IMG/VR virus record: IMGVR_UViG_3300009184_000033
Span: 32,001-96,000 of that record
From: a virus
Strand: one strand, 5' to 3'
Length of the DNA: 64,000 nucleotides
Made by a program: the position numbers and the translations under genes. The first letter of the stretch is position 1. Every line of letters starts with the position of its first letter. The notes beneath the pieces are model-generated. The model worked only from the letters and a program-made list of their open reading frames with translations, did not search any database and was not told the origin of the DNA. Below, piece after piece: positions 39,560 through 49,025 of the stretch.

Positions 39560-42500
39560 TCAACCGTATGTGCTCATCTGACCAAGGACCTTCCATGTGG
39601 ATCCTGATCTGATGAGGCTGAATCCAAAGACATCCTGCTTGCCTGCAGTTCCAGCTGGAGTAGTTCCGTTTGCCCAGTTGATTGTTTGAACTGCTGTGTC
39701 AATTTGGACTGCACTGACGATTCTTGCAGTGGCGCTCTGCGAGAGGATGACGGTGGGTGTGATAATTCTATTGTTGGTTGTTGGGACATTCGTAAAGTTT
39801 GCGGTGATGTCGCCTGTTGGTGCATTGGCATAGAATATGCTTGCAAGCGACAGGTCATAAGCAACTGTTCCCGTACCGCCGACTGATGGGACCATCTTCT
39901 CAGTGATTGATGAGAGTGTAGTCCTTCCGTCAACTTGTATTGCTCCCGTGAAGCTGCTCGTTGCCATTGTTCCACCAACCAAAATGGAGCTTGCCAAGGT
40001 TCCGAAGTTAAGCGTCCCAGTGAGTGCCGTTGTAAGAAGGTTATAAGTTGTAGTTGTTACAGTCTGTATTGAACTTCCGCTAACAACCAAACTTCCTGAT
40101 AGCTCGGCATTTCCGTTCTCACCGACAGAAAATTGGTCGATGTCCCTCCAATCCCGGACCGCAAACTTGTGCCCTTCAGCGCTATTATCAGTGTCAATCT
40201 TTGCGATGATATTTCCGCTGGAGATTAGCGTCATCACATTGTTGCCTGTCCCAGGCGCACCGATGATATTGCCCGTAGATGTTGCTAGGCTTCCTGTCAC
40301 CGTGAAGAGACCGTCGCCTCTCAGACTTGCGATCTCTGTTGTTCCTGCATACCACTTGAAGCGAGGCGTCGTAGTTGCAACATTGACACCAAACCACATG
40401 GCTTGGTTCTCCATTCCAATTGCCCAATCTGCGCTAGAAGCACCTATGCTTGGGTATAGAAGAAGTCGTGTACCGATAGATGAGTTTGTGAACGTGGGTG
40501 CGCCTAACGCCCCTCCACCAACTGGGAAGCTAATAAGGCTTCCGGCCGCATTTGTGAGAGCAATCTTGCCGCTACTTGCTGTAATAACACCATTTAACGT
40601 CATTACGCTGTTTGATGATCCTGATCCGATTGTAATGGCTGTTGCTGATCCGCCGATATTAAGTGTAGCAACAGACCCTGTTACTAGATTAAAAGTTGAT
40701 GATGTTGATGTTATATCACCACCGTTAACTGCAAGATCTCCACTTAGAAGTGCATTCGAACCTGTGATATTTCCTTGGAAAGTTGTTGAACCTCCCGAGG
40801 CTCCGGCTACAAGTGTTGTTGCAGCTCTCGCGAAATTGACGGTCGTCGCAGAGCCTGTCACCAGGTTAAATGTTGCTGCCGTTGTTGTGATGTCACCGCC
40901 ATTGACTGAAAGGTCACCGCTCAGCAACGCGTTCGATCCTGTGACGTTACCAGCAAATGTCGTTGCGCTTCCTGCAGCGCCGATGTTGACCGCAGAAGCG
41001 CCACCGCCCAAGTTGACTGTTGTCGCAGTTGAGTTCACCAGGTTGAAAGTACCTGCCGATGTGGTGATGTCCCCGCCGTTGACCGCTAGATCACCCGCTA
41101 TCGTCAGTGTGTCAGTCGTCTTGTCGTAGGTGAGTCCTGCGTCACCGCCGAATGTGGAACCACCATCATTGAACTGGACGTAGGTGTCTAAGCCAGCAGC
41201 GCTAGTTGCTCCGACCGCTACACCACCTCCACCACCAGCACCTGCTCCGCGAGATACACCAGCTTGGATAAATCTTGCTTGTGCTGTGTTAGATAAGTTT
41301 GTGGCATTTCCAAGTGCAAGGATGTAACCAACTAAAATAGCAGCACCAGCCGTATTTTCACCCTCTACAAAGTTCTCTGATGCAATGCTCTGCTGTGCAA
41401 CGTCAAGCGCGTTTGTACCTCCGGGTGGATTTGCGTAGACATCAGAACCATAATAGACGGTGAAAGCACGGGAAACAGTATTAGGATACCAGTAAACTCT
41501 TTGAATTGATGCGTCTGATGCTCCAACTGATGCAAGTGTTCCGTTGTTATTATATTGGGCTGGATTGATAGTGGTGTAACCTGCGTTGTTTACACCCGTA
41601 TCTAATCTGAGTGTGGAACCAGATACATAAGCCCTGTAAATCTTAGAAACCGTGACGGCAGTATCGGTTGCAGATGAGATGTTGTTGGGATTATTTGGGT
41701 CTGTGGTATAGTTTTTTCCAATAACATAGGAATCACCAGCGGTCTTTGTGATTCCGAGCGTGGAACCGCTGGCTGCTAGTATGTGACCAGAAACTTTGAG
41801 AGGACCAAATGCGCGCATGAAGTCGTCTTGCCAATGATTGTTTCCGTAAGATACAATGGGTTGTGTAGAAACACCATTTGTTACAGAACCAGATTGATGC
41901 AGAACCCTACCGATTGTAATGTAGTCAGAGTCGGTGGTAAGTGTGAAGGGTGAGGTCTGCTGGATTATTCCACCCGTTGAATTGATTCCGATGTAGGTAG
42001 TGAGGGAGGAAGTAACGTAAGTAAGAGATTGGCTAACGTAGGCAGGCCACTGGACGAAATTGATAGTCGGGTAGGGATCGGTAGTCAACGTGGCATTGTA
42101 GGAGAGTATGATGCCCGAACCGGATGTGATCGAGAATGTTGTGGAACCAGTAGCAGTTGAAAGGACACCGCCGTGAAGGAGACCCGTGGTGAGCATACCT
42201 TCCAACCAGCGGAGACGGGTGGTGTTCGTGTAGGGACCCGAGTACTGGGTGAAGTAGAGGTCGTTCGTACTTCCTGAGGTGTAGATGTAGCTCGCGGTGG
42301 TGTTGGTGGGAATCCGGAGGGTGTTGACCGGCTTCATCTGGAAGTAGCTGTCAGTTCCGAAAGCTCCGGAGACGAAGGTGTCACCTCCGAAGATCGCATT
42401 GGGGGTGTCGGCACCGAGCTGTGTCTTGTTGCCTGAGACAAAGAGCTTCACACCTGAAGCCAGCGTTGGAAAGCTAGATGGTGCTGCATCCGCTATGATT

Positions 42501-42577
42501 AGCGTTCCTGATACTGCAGTGGTGGAAGTCAGTGCGCCAGAGCTCACACTTCCAGAGATTGTTCCTATTAGCGCCAT
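39560..42577 (-). CDS. Tail fibre-like protein (1005 aa)
   Basis: Gly/Ser/Thr-rich with internal 59-aa repeats. The C-terminal module (INWANG..P...KQDVFGFS) resembles fibre tips. Confidence 0.75.
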   Translation of the reverse strand: MALIGTISGSVSSGALTSTTAVSGTLIIADAAPSSFPTLASGVKLFVSGNKTQLGADTPNAIFGGDTFVSGAFGTDSYFQMKPVNTLRIPTNTTASYIYTSGSTNDLYFTQYSGPYTNTTRLRWLEGMLTTGLLHGGVLSTATGSTTFSITSGSGIILSYNATLTTDPYPTINFVQWPAYVSQSLTYVTSSLTTYIGINSTGGIIQQTSPFTLTTDSDYITIGRVLHQSGSVTNGVSTQPIVSYGNNHWQDDFMRAFGPLKVSGHILAASGSTLGITKTAGDSYVIGKNYTTDPNNPNNISSATDTAVTVSKIYRAYVSGSTLRLDTGVNNAGYTTINPAQYNNNGTLASVGASDASIQRVYWYPNTVSRAFTVYYGSDVYANPPGGTNALDVAQQSIASENFVEGENTAGAAILVGYILALGNATNLSNTAQARFIQAGVSRGAGAGGGGGVAVGATSAAGLDTYVQFNDGGSTFGGDAGLTYDKTTDTLTIAGDLAVNGGDITTSAGTFNLVNSTATTVNLGGGASAVNIGAAGSATTFAGNVTGSNALLSGDLSVNGGDITTTAATFNLVTGSATTVNFARAATTLVAGASGGSTTFQGNITGSNALLSGDLAVNGGDITSTSSTFNLVTGSVATLNIGGSATAITIGSGSSNSVMTLNGVITASSGKIALTNAAGSLISFPVGGGALGAPTFTNSSIGTRLLLYPSIGASSADWAIGMENQAMWFGVNVATTTPRFKWYAGTTEIASLRGDGLFTVTGSLATSTGNIIGAPGTGNNVMTLISSGNIIAKIDTDNSAEGHKFAVRDWRDIDQFSVGENGNAELSGSLVVSGSSIQTVTTTTYNLLTTALTGTLNFGTLASSILVGGTMATSSFTGAIQVDGRTTLSSITEKMVPSVGGTGTVAYDLSLASIFYANAPTGDITANFTNVPTTNNRIITPTVILSQSATARIVSAVQIDTAVQTINWANGTTPAGTAGKQDVFGFSLIRSGSTWKVLGQMSTYG
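40618..41095 (-). repeat. Three tandem 59-aa repeats (GDLxVNGGDIT...TFNLV)
   Basis: Unit starts at 41095, 40918 and 40741, an exact 177-nt period. Confidence 0.9.
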
Positions 42578-42596
42578 GTGCTTACCTCAGATGTAA

Positions 42597-42628
42597 ATAT
42601 CGCCTCCACCCGGAAGTGGAGGCGATAT
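42597..42628. terminator. 13-bp perfect inverted repeat (possible terminator or mRNA-processing hairpin)
   Basis: ATATCGCCTCCAC-ccggaa-GTGGAGGCGATAT between two fibre genes, with only a short U tail. Confidence 0.6.
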
Positions 42629-42660
42629 GCTCCACTGGGAGCTAGCTCTTGACTAGATTA

Positions 42661-45270
42661 TCACAGTTCCTGGAGTACGAACTTGTAGCGCTTGCCGCTG
42701 ATGTTGTTCGTGATCGAGAGGTATTCCTCTTCCTCGATGATGGTCCAGTTGCCGCGATCGTTGCGGAGGTGCAAGTCTCCGGTGTAGACGTTGGCCCATC
42801 GCCTCTGCGGCGAACCGAGGCTCGCTCCTGAGTCTGAGCTCGGGAAGAGTCCAGTGATTCCATCCACCGTCTGACCGGCCACCGCAAAGGCCGCTCCATC
42901 CTTCTTGAAGGTGACGCCAGAAAGAACACTGGCATTGAGCTCAACCGCACTTCCACTCATTATAAGAGTCGTTGTTCCAAGTCCAGAGGCCAGAGTAACG
43001 CTCTGGCTTGCTGATCCAGACAGTGTTGTCGTTGTACCGGCTGCATTGATGTGAAGCTCTGGAGATCCTCCATCTTTCTGGAAGACGAATCCACCTGAAC
43101 CAGCGTTTGCTACAACTGTGCTGCCGCTGAGAGTAAGAGTGGTTGCACCAGTTCCTGAACCAAGAGTGACGTTGGCGCTAGTGCCACCGAGTATATTGGC
43201 ATTGTTGCTCGAGTTCTGGACCGTGAGGAACGTTGTGTTGGAGCTGTTCTTGTATAGGACCTCGTCGCCAGCAGGCTTCAGGATGATGTCCTGCAGCGCG
43301 CTGAACAGTGAGTCTCCAGGGCCATCTGACAAGATCGTAAGGTGGTCTCCATCAGCGCCTTCCTTCCTGAATGTGTAACCATTGGTTCCGTGTATCGAGC
43401 GAATGCCATTTGCGCCGCTGAGCGAGAGAAGAACTCCGCTCTCAGTTCCTAGCGTCAGAGTGTTTGCTCCATACGTCATCGAACCGCGGTTAGTACCGAC
43501 AAACCTGTACTCGATGCCCTGAGTGTTGGCACCAAGCACGAGGGATGATCCAGTCAGGACCAGCTGCCTTGCGGTTCCAACTCCACCTGCGCCTGGACTC
43601 TGCGCGGTTAGGGTGAGGCTCGTGTTTGCAGCGCCGGTGAATCTTCCGACCTCGATGCCACCGCTGTACATCTTCAAGGCCTGGTTGCCGCCGCTTCCAT
43701 GTCCAATGTTGACGCTGGTGCCTGAGAGCCAGAGGCTTCCAAGGCTTGTGCCGTTCATGCCCTTGATCTCGCCCTCTCCTGTACCGGCGATGTCTCCGAA
43801 CTGGATCCTGGTCGTACCGTTCTGCGAGAATGAAGCCGTTGCAGAGGTGGCCACCGCTAGATTTACTGACTGGCCGTCAGAAGATGATAGGAATACGTTG
43901 ATTCCACCGCCAAGCTCGAACTTTCCAGCCCTCAGGTTAGAGTAGTCAGTTACGGTGATTGGTGAACCAGTTGCAGTGCCTGAAGTGGTCCTGATCGCCG
44001 CAAACCCACCCTCAGATTGATCCCAGATGAATGCCGCGTTGTTGACTCCGTTGAGTCCACCGATGAATCCTCTGTCTCCGACCGACACCGCCGTCGAGCC
44101 GCTGGTGAATCCGAGCCCGATGACTGGATCTTCCATCTCAATCGTGGTCGCGTCGACCGTTAGCGTGGTTCCCTGGATTGTGAGGTCACCAGGGATGATA
44201 ACGTTGCCACCCGAGAGCGTGATTGCAGTGGCGCCAGTGCTGGACTTGATGTCGTTGCCTGTGACCGTGAGGTCGCCTGCGACTGTGACATCACCGCTTG
44301 CTCCAAGCGTGAGGTTTAGGCCTGCTGAACCTGAGATGTAGTTGCTGTTGACCTGGAGGTCTCCAGCCGTCGTGACCTTTGTGCCGGCAAGAGTGATTGC
44401 AGTTGTTCCACCGGAGGACTTTATGTCGTTTCCTGTGACCGTGAGATCACCAGTTACTGCAACGTCTCCTGTTCCAGAGAACGTGATGGCGGTGGTTCCA
44501 CCGTTCATCTTAATGTCATTACCACCGACAGTGATGTCACCGCTCAGTGTAACGTCGCCAACCAGATTCGAAGTTCCTGCAATAGTGAGATTTCCACCAG
44601 CCTGGAGGTTGCTGGAACCGCTGATTGCGCCGCCTCTTGTGAGGTCTACCGCAGTAGAACCATCTGTTGCTACGATGCGTACAAAGGAGCCAGAGGCAAT
44701 GACAGGACCACCGAATAGAGATACCTTGTTGTTTGCACCACCGGCGTTGCTGCCTGAGACGAAGAAGAATACATCGGCGCCATTGGCATCTGCGGTGGCC
44801 GCAGTTCCAATTGCAATGGAGCTTGTGGTGTATGCCTCTGAAGCGTTTGCGGCAGTGAAAATTGCGTCGCCGCCACCACCACCTGAAGCTAGCTCTGAAA
44901 GCGTCTTACCAGAGGTGTTGTTGCCGTCGAAGAACTTGAGGTCTGATCCAACGAGAGAGACCCTGTTTGCCGCAGTTCCGAACTGTACGTGACCTGTGCT
45001 TCCAATTCGAATGTCATTTGACGTGACCACGATCGAGCCTGAGCCGACCGTGAGGGCGCCTGAGACCACCATGTCGCCGCCAAATACGGCAACGTTACGT
45101 GTAGCACCGCCCTTACCGCCAACTGAGCCAGAGACAAAGAACTGAACATCAGCTCCAGGTAGGCTTGATGGGAAAGATCCAGCTGGATTGTTTGAGAAGA
45201 TTACTGAACCGGTGACGCCAATCAGTGAGTTGGCGCTCGATGAACCTGATATGTTGCCGACTAAAGCCAT
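42661..45270 (-). CDS. Tail fibre-like protein (869 aa)
   Basis: Gly/Ser/Thr-rich with 29-30 aa repeats; C-terminal LGSPQRRWANVYTGDLHL module. Confidence 0.78.
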   Translation of the reverse strand: MALVGNISGSSSANSLIGVTGSVIFSNNPAGSFPSSLPGADVQFFVSGSVGGKGGATRNVAVFGGDMVVSGALTVGSGSIVVTSNDIRIGSTGHVQFGTAANRVSLVGSDLKFFDGNNTSGKTLSELASGGGGGDAIFTAANASEAYTTSSIAIGTAATADANGADVFFFVSGSNAGGANNKVSLFGGPVIASGSFVRIVATDGSTAVDLTRGGAISGSSNLQAGGNLTIAGTSNLVGDVTLSGDITVGGNDIKMNGGTTAITFSGTGDVAVTGDLTVTGNDIKSSGGTTAITLAGTKVTTAGDLQVNSNYISGSAGLNLTLGASGDVTVAGDLTVTGNDIKSSTGATAITLSGGNVIIPGDLTIQGTTLTVDATTIEMEDPVIGLGFTSGSTAVSVGDRGFIGGLNGVNNAAFIWDQSEGGFAAIRTTSGTATGSPITVTDYSNLRAGKFELGGGINVFLSSSDGQSVNLAVATSATASFSQNGTTRIQFGDIAGTGEGEIKGMNGTSLGSLWLSGTSVNIGHGSGGNQALKMYSGGIEVGRFTGAANTSLTLTAQSPGAGGVGTARQLVLTGSSLVLGANTQGIEYRFVGTNRGSMTYGANTLTLGTESGVLLSLSGANGIRSIHGTNGYTFRKEGADGDHLTILSDGPGDSLFSALQDIILKPAGDEVLYKNSSNTTFLTVQNSSNNANILGGTSANVTLGSGTGATTLTLSGSTVVANAGSGGFVFQKDGGSPELHINAAGTTTTLSGSASQSVTLASGLGTTTLIMSGSAVELNASVLSGVTFKKDGAAFAVAGQTVDGITGLFPSSDSGASLGSPQRRWANVYTGDLHLRNDRGNWTIIEEEEYLSITNNISGKRYKFVLQEL
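44170..44541 (-). repeat. Five 29-30 aa repeats (GD[IL]xVxGNDIK...AITLSG)
   Basis: Unit starts at 44541, 44451, 44364, 44277 and 44190. Confidence 0.85.
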
Positions 45271-45294
45271 GGGATTACCTCTGCTAGCTGTTTC

Positions 45295-45301
45295 TAACTA
45301 T
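45295..45301 (-). promoter_or_regulatory. Candidate late-promoter motif variant ATAGTTA
   Basis: Intergenic, 25 nt upstream of the 869-aa fibre ATG. The same variant occurs at 62877. Confidence 0.4.
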
Positions 45302-45339
45302 TACGTACTAGACGACATTTAACTTTCTAGACGACTCAA

Positions 45340-47070
45340 TCACTTGATTTCATCAAATTCTGGAGCGCGCTCCAGAACAAACCTGTACCTCTTTCCATTC
45401 TTGTTGAACCTCACCGTGAGGCAGTCCTCTTCCTCGATGAGGGTGTAGTCTCCACGCTCGTTTCTTAGGTGGAGGTCTCCAGTAAATATGTTTGCAAATC
45501 TTGCGGTGTCTGAGCCGAGATTCCTGGTCCTATTTCCATCTGGTATGATGTCGGAAGCCAGAAGAGAGTTGACCACGAGCGTGTCAGTGGAATCGGTGCC
45601 GAGATGAGCTGAGCCTGAGACTACTGCGTCACCACCAAACACGGAAGCACCGCGGGTGATTCCTCCCTTTGCTCCCCTCTTGCCTGATACAAAGAAAGTC
45701 GTGTCGTTCGATGAGAAGGGGTTGGCAGGACCAGCATACAATCCAGAGAATATCGACATCACTGATCCGGTGGCGGCGCCGTTAGGCCTGACCTCCAGAT
45801 AGTTTACGGTGTTTCCGATAGAGGTGTTCACTGAGGCGAGGAATGTCCCACCCAAGGTCCTGTTCCTGATGCTGAGCTCTCCGCCAGAGCTCATGTTGAA
45901 GATTGAGTAGCCTGTTGCGCCGTCAATGTACAGCGTACCTGAGACTAGAGTATCACCACCAAACACCGACATGCCAGAAGATGGCTTTGCAGAAAGTGTT
46001 CCCTTTGAACCGGAGACAAAGAAGAAGACCTCTGAACCGACATTTGCCGTGGTGTAGCTGGCGCCCAGCGCTCCTGCCAGTGCAAGGGATCCAGTGGAGT
46101 TTAGCTTTCCCGCTGATGGATCTGTGAAGAATGAAGTTCCACTTCCGCCACCAGCTGCAGAGATAGTGATTGCACCGCTGGAGCCCGTGGTGATTGTGAT
46201 GTTGGAACCAGCTATGAGATAAGAAGATCCATCTGAGAGCTTAGTTAGAGATCCCGATATTCCTCGAACTGCAGCTATTGTTCCTGATATGACAAGGTCG
46301 CCACCAAAGACTGATGTTCCTCTGGTAGTGCTGCTCCTCGTGCCTGGAATTCCTTCGACATAGAAGTTTGTGTCTTGAGACACAGTTGGATTTGCAGCAA
46401 CTGAGCTGGGAAGCGTCCCTGAGCTGATTAGCGTTACGCTTTGGCCATTATTTCTTGGATAGATTCTGATGACGTTGGCGCCGATACCATTTGGCGCAGT
46501 AACACTCAGCCAAAGCTCGCCACCAGACTTTGAGTTTGTGACATAGTAGTTCCCATCTGAGTAGTAAGAGTGGTCTACTCTACCTGCGCTTGAGCTCAGG
46601 ACTAGTTGCGGCCTATCAACATTATCGTCTTTGACCGTGAGAGATCCGGTTACTCCAGCTGATCCCGACAGGATCATCGCACCCTTTATGTACGATGAAC
46701 CGGTTAGGGTCAGGTTGTTGCTGGAGAAAGTTAGGTTGCTGCTTCCAGCAAAGGAGCCTGCGTTATTGTACTGAATGCTATTTGTCGGAAGACCTGGCGT
46801 AGTTGACGAGACTCCGAATAGAGATCCAGAGATGTATACGTCACCACCGAAGGTGACTCTGTCGTTGCCACCAGCTGATCCAGATATAAACAGCCATGTG
46901 TCTGATCCAGTGCCGGCAAGCACTAGATTGCTGGTATCGACGTTGACACCTTCGTTTCCAGAGGCTCCACTGCCGATCAGCAAAAGCCTCGGATTCGCAG
47001 AGCTACCAGATGCTATGATCCTCTCGGCTCTTATGCCAGATGCTTTGAAGTCTGATGGTTTCTGTGCCAT
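45340..47070 (-). CDS. Tail fibre-like protein (576 aa)
   Basis: Four FxVSG...FGGD.VSG-type units; C-terminal LGSDTARFANIFTGDLHL module shared with the 869-aa protein. Confidence 0.78.
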   Translation of the reverse strand: MAQKPSDFKASGIRAERIIASGSSANPRLLLIGSGASGNEGVNVDTSNLVLAGTGSDTWLFISGSAGGNDRVTFGGDVYISGSLFGVSSTTPGLPTNSIQYNNAGSFAGSSNLTFSSNNLTLTGSSYIKGAMILSGSAGVTGSLTVKDDNVDRPQLVLSSSAGRVDHSYYSDGNYYVTNSKSGGELWLSVTAPNGIGANVIRIYPRNNGQSVTLISSGTLPSSVAANPTVSQDTNFYVEGIPGTRSSTTRGTSVFGGDLVISGTIAAVRGISGSLTKLSDGSSYLIAGSNITITTGSSGAITISAAGGGSGTSFFTDPSAGKLNSTGSLALAGALGASYTTANVGSEVFFFVSGSKGTLSAKPSSGMSVFGGDTLVSGTLYIDGATGYSIFNMSSGGELSIRNRTLGGTFLASVNTSIGNTVNYLEVRPNGAATGSVMSIFSGLYAGPANPFSSNDTTFFVSGKRGAKGGITRGASVFGGDAVVSGSAHLGTDSTDTLVVNSLLASDIIPDGNRTRNLGSDTARFANIFTGDLHLRNERGDYTLIEEEDCLTVRFNKNGKRYRFVLERAPEFDEIK

Positions 47071-47312
47071 TATCTAGAGCTCACAATCAAGTAGTTCACG
47101 GCAGAGACCTCATCTTGTGTGGCGTTTATGAGGTACACCTCTTCGTCGACCGTGTGGATCGAGATGTTTGTGTTCTCATCTGGGGTTGCCACTATCGCAG
47201 TAGTTGACGTCTCAAGCTCAGTATTGGTGACCAAGAGCGGCGCAATGCCACCCGTGGTCACAGATGTCTTCCCAAACTGGATTTGGACGTTGTGTACTCC
47301 GAACCAGCTCAT
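47070..47312 (-). CDS. Small beta-rich hypothetical protein (80 aa)
   Basis: Coupled at both ends in the fibre operon. Confidence 0.6.
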   Translation of the reverse strand: MSWFGVHNVQIQFGKTSVTTGGIAPLLVTNTELETSTTAIVATPDENTNISIHTVDEEVYLINATQDEVSAVNYLIVSSR

Positions 47313-47623
47313 GTATTCACCACCACGACTGAGGCTGCGCTATTGTTTGGTATGCTTGCCCCAATCTGCACCTGAGTCGTGGAGATTGATAGAACAAATA
47401 CGCTAAAAGATTCATCTAGAGATGTGGCCACGACATTTGGGACTGACGTATACTCATTCTCAAAGAGATAAGTTACTGTCGAGCCGCCGTTGAAGTTCAG
47501 CGTGGCACTCTCTAGGGCAAATGGCTCCTCGGTCGTGTACACGTTACGAGCAGCCCACCTGACGCCTGGGTAGGTCTTTCTATATCTGTTTAGGTCTCTA
47601 GACTTGAGAACGACTCTTCCCAT
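47309..47623 (-). CDS. Small beta-rich tail-associated protein (104 aa)
   Basis: F..EY...PNVVAT pattern of small fibre-tip beta-sandwiches. CTATTTA lies 15 nt upstream. Confidence 0.55.
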   Translation of the reverse strand: MGRVVLKSRDLNRYRKTYPGVRWAARNVYTTEEPFALESATLNFNGGSTVTYLFENEYTSVPNVVATSLDESFSVFVLSISTTQVQIGASIPNNSAASVVVVNT

Positions 47624-47656
47624 GGAACCCTCTGACGTAAATAGGCGTCTTTGGGA

Positions 47657-48973
47657 TTATAGTTCTCTGCTTGCCAAAGTTGCAAGAGGAGAACGTTCGC
47701 CACGGTCAAGCTTTATGTGTCCAAACAGCTCGTTGCCCTTCAGCTTCTCGATTGCAATTGCGAGGCCGTTTGAGTGGCGGTCGAGGTACGGAGTGTCAAC
47801 CTGGTCAGTGTCACCAAGCAGGACAATCTTTGTCCCTGCGCCACATCGAGTCACAATTGTCTTGATCTCATGGATGCTCAGATTCTGAGACTCATCGACA
47901 ATCACATAACAATTGTTGAAGCTTCTTCCTCTGATGTAGCTTACCGGCGAGATTTCGATGTTTCCCTTCTGGCGCATCATCTCAAAGTAGGACGGGTCAT
48001 GGAATGCGCTCCTGAAGTTGTCAATGATGGGCATCAGCCACGGTGCCATCTTGTCGTCGATAGTGCCGGGTAGGAATCCGAGGTCGCGACCGACAGGTTC
48101 GATGGACCTCGTGATCACAATCCTGTCGTACACCTTGGCGTTGAGACCTGACATGCCGGCAACAAGAGCCAAGAAAGTCTTTCCAGAGCCGGCTAGCCCC
48201 GTGAGGCTTACCAGTGGAATGTCCTTGTTGGTGAGCAGGTGGAGCGCCGCGGTCTGCTCCTTGCTTCTCGGCTTCACGCCGATCGACTGCTCCATGAACA
48301 TCTTCGGCTTCACTACCTTTCCCTTGTTGTAGATGCCGATGAATCCCTTCTGCGGATCAATGTCGCTAGTCGCATGGACCAGCTGGTTCTCATAGAGCAC
48401 CACCTCTGGATCAATGAGCTCGACCTCTCCGTCTCGGTAGAAGTCATCCACATCTCTTGTGGTCACGTCGATTGAGCACTGACCAGTGTATGCCTCTGAT
48501 CCGTCTCGATAAGCCTTGGGGATGTCCGTGTAGTAGTCCTCGGCGCGGACACCGAGGGCATCGCACTTGACTCTGAGATTTATGTCCTTGGAGATGACTC
48601 TGACTTCTCGGTCAGGATTCTGCGACTTGATGGCCAGTGCGACAGCGACGATCTTGTTGTCGCCCTTCTCGATAGGAAACTCGACTGGCGTGGCATCTTC
48701 CTCGACAGGAACCCGCTCGACTCTGATCACAATGTCGGTGTTTGGAACCTGGACTCCGTCATGCAAGCTGCCAATCTTACGGAGCGAGTCGAGGAATCTA
48801 TTGACCTCTCTCGCGGCAGATCCAATCTGCTCCTTCTTCTCCTTGAAGCGGTCGAGCTCTTCCAGAACGATCAGGGGAATGATAACATCGTTCCCGTGGA
48901 AGAACTTTAGCGAATTCGGATCGTACAGCATCACACTAGTGTCGATTACTAGAAGCTTTCTCTGGTTCAACAT
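47657..48973 (-). CDS. phoH: PIN-PhoH fusion (PhoH2-type ATPase/RNase)
   Basis: PIN: VIDTSV...LEELD...DNKI...SKDINLRVK. PhoH: GLAGSGKT, YIRGRS, IVDESQN, RCG...K.VLLGD..Q.D. Confidence 0.93.
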   Translation of the reverse strand: MLNQRKLLVIDTSVMLYDPNSLKFFHGNDVIIPLIVLEELDRFKEKKEQIGSAAREVNRFLDSLRKIGSLHDGVQVPNTDIVIRVERVPVEEDATPVEFPIEKGDNKIVAVALAIKSQNPDREVRVISKDINLRVKCDALGVRAEDYYTDIPKAYRDGSEAYTGQCSIDVTTRDVDDFYRDGEVELIDPEVVLYENQLVHATSDIDPQKGFIGIYNKGKVVKPKMFMEQSIGVKPRSKEQTAALHLLTNKDIPLVSLTGLAGSGKTFLALVAGMSGLNAKVYDRIVITRSIEPVGRDLGFLPGTIDDKMAPWLMPIIDNFRSAFHDPSYFEMMRQKGNIEISPVSYIRGRSFNNCYVIVDESQNLSIHEIKTIVTRCGAGTKIVLLGDTDQVDTPYLDRHSNGLAIAIEKLKGNELFGHIKLDRGERSPLATLASREL

Positions 48974-49025
48974 GTCTCCCTTGACAATCTTATCTTATTG
49001 GCTTCAGCTGCAGATGATACAGAGA

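Noticed and set aside
40140-44992. Long plus-strand ORFs opposite the fibre genes (e.g. 40140-41129, 329 aa; 44342-44992, 216 aa)
   Set aside because: Antisense shadows of Gly/Ser/Thr-biased codons, fully nested in well-supported minus-strand genes, with no motifs or RBS.
42661-45560. Possible diversity-generating retroelement TR/VR pair at the similar fibre C-termini
   Set aside because: Differences are spread over all bases, mostly synonymous and not adenine-specific; no reverse transcriptase in the window.
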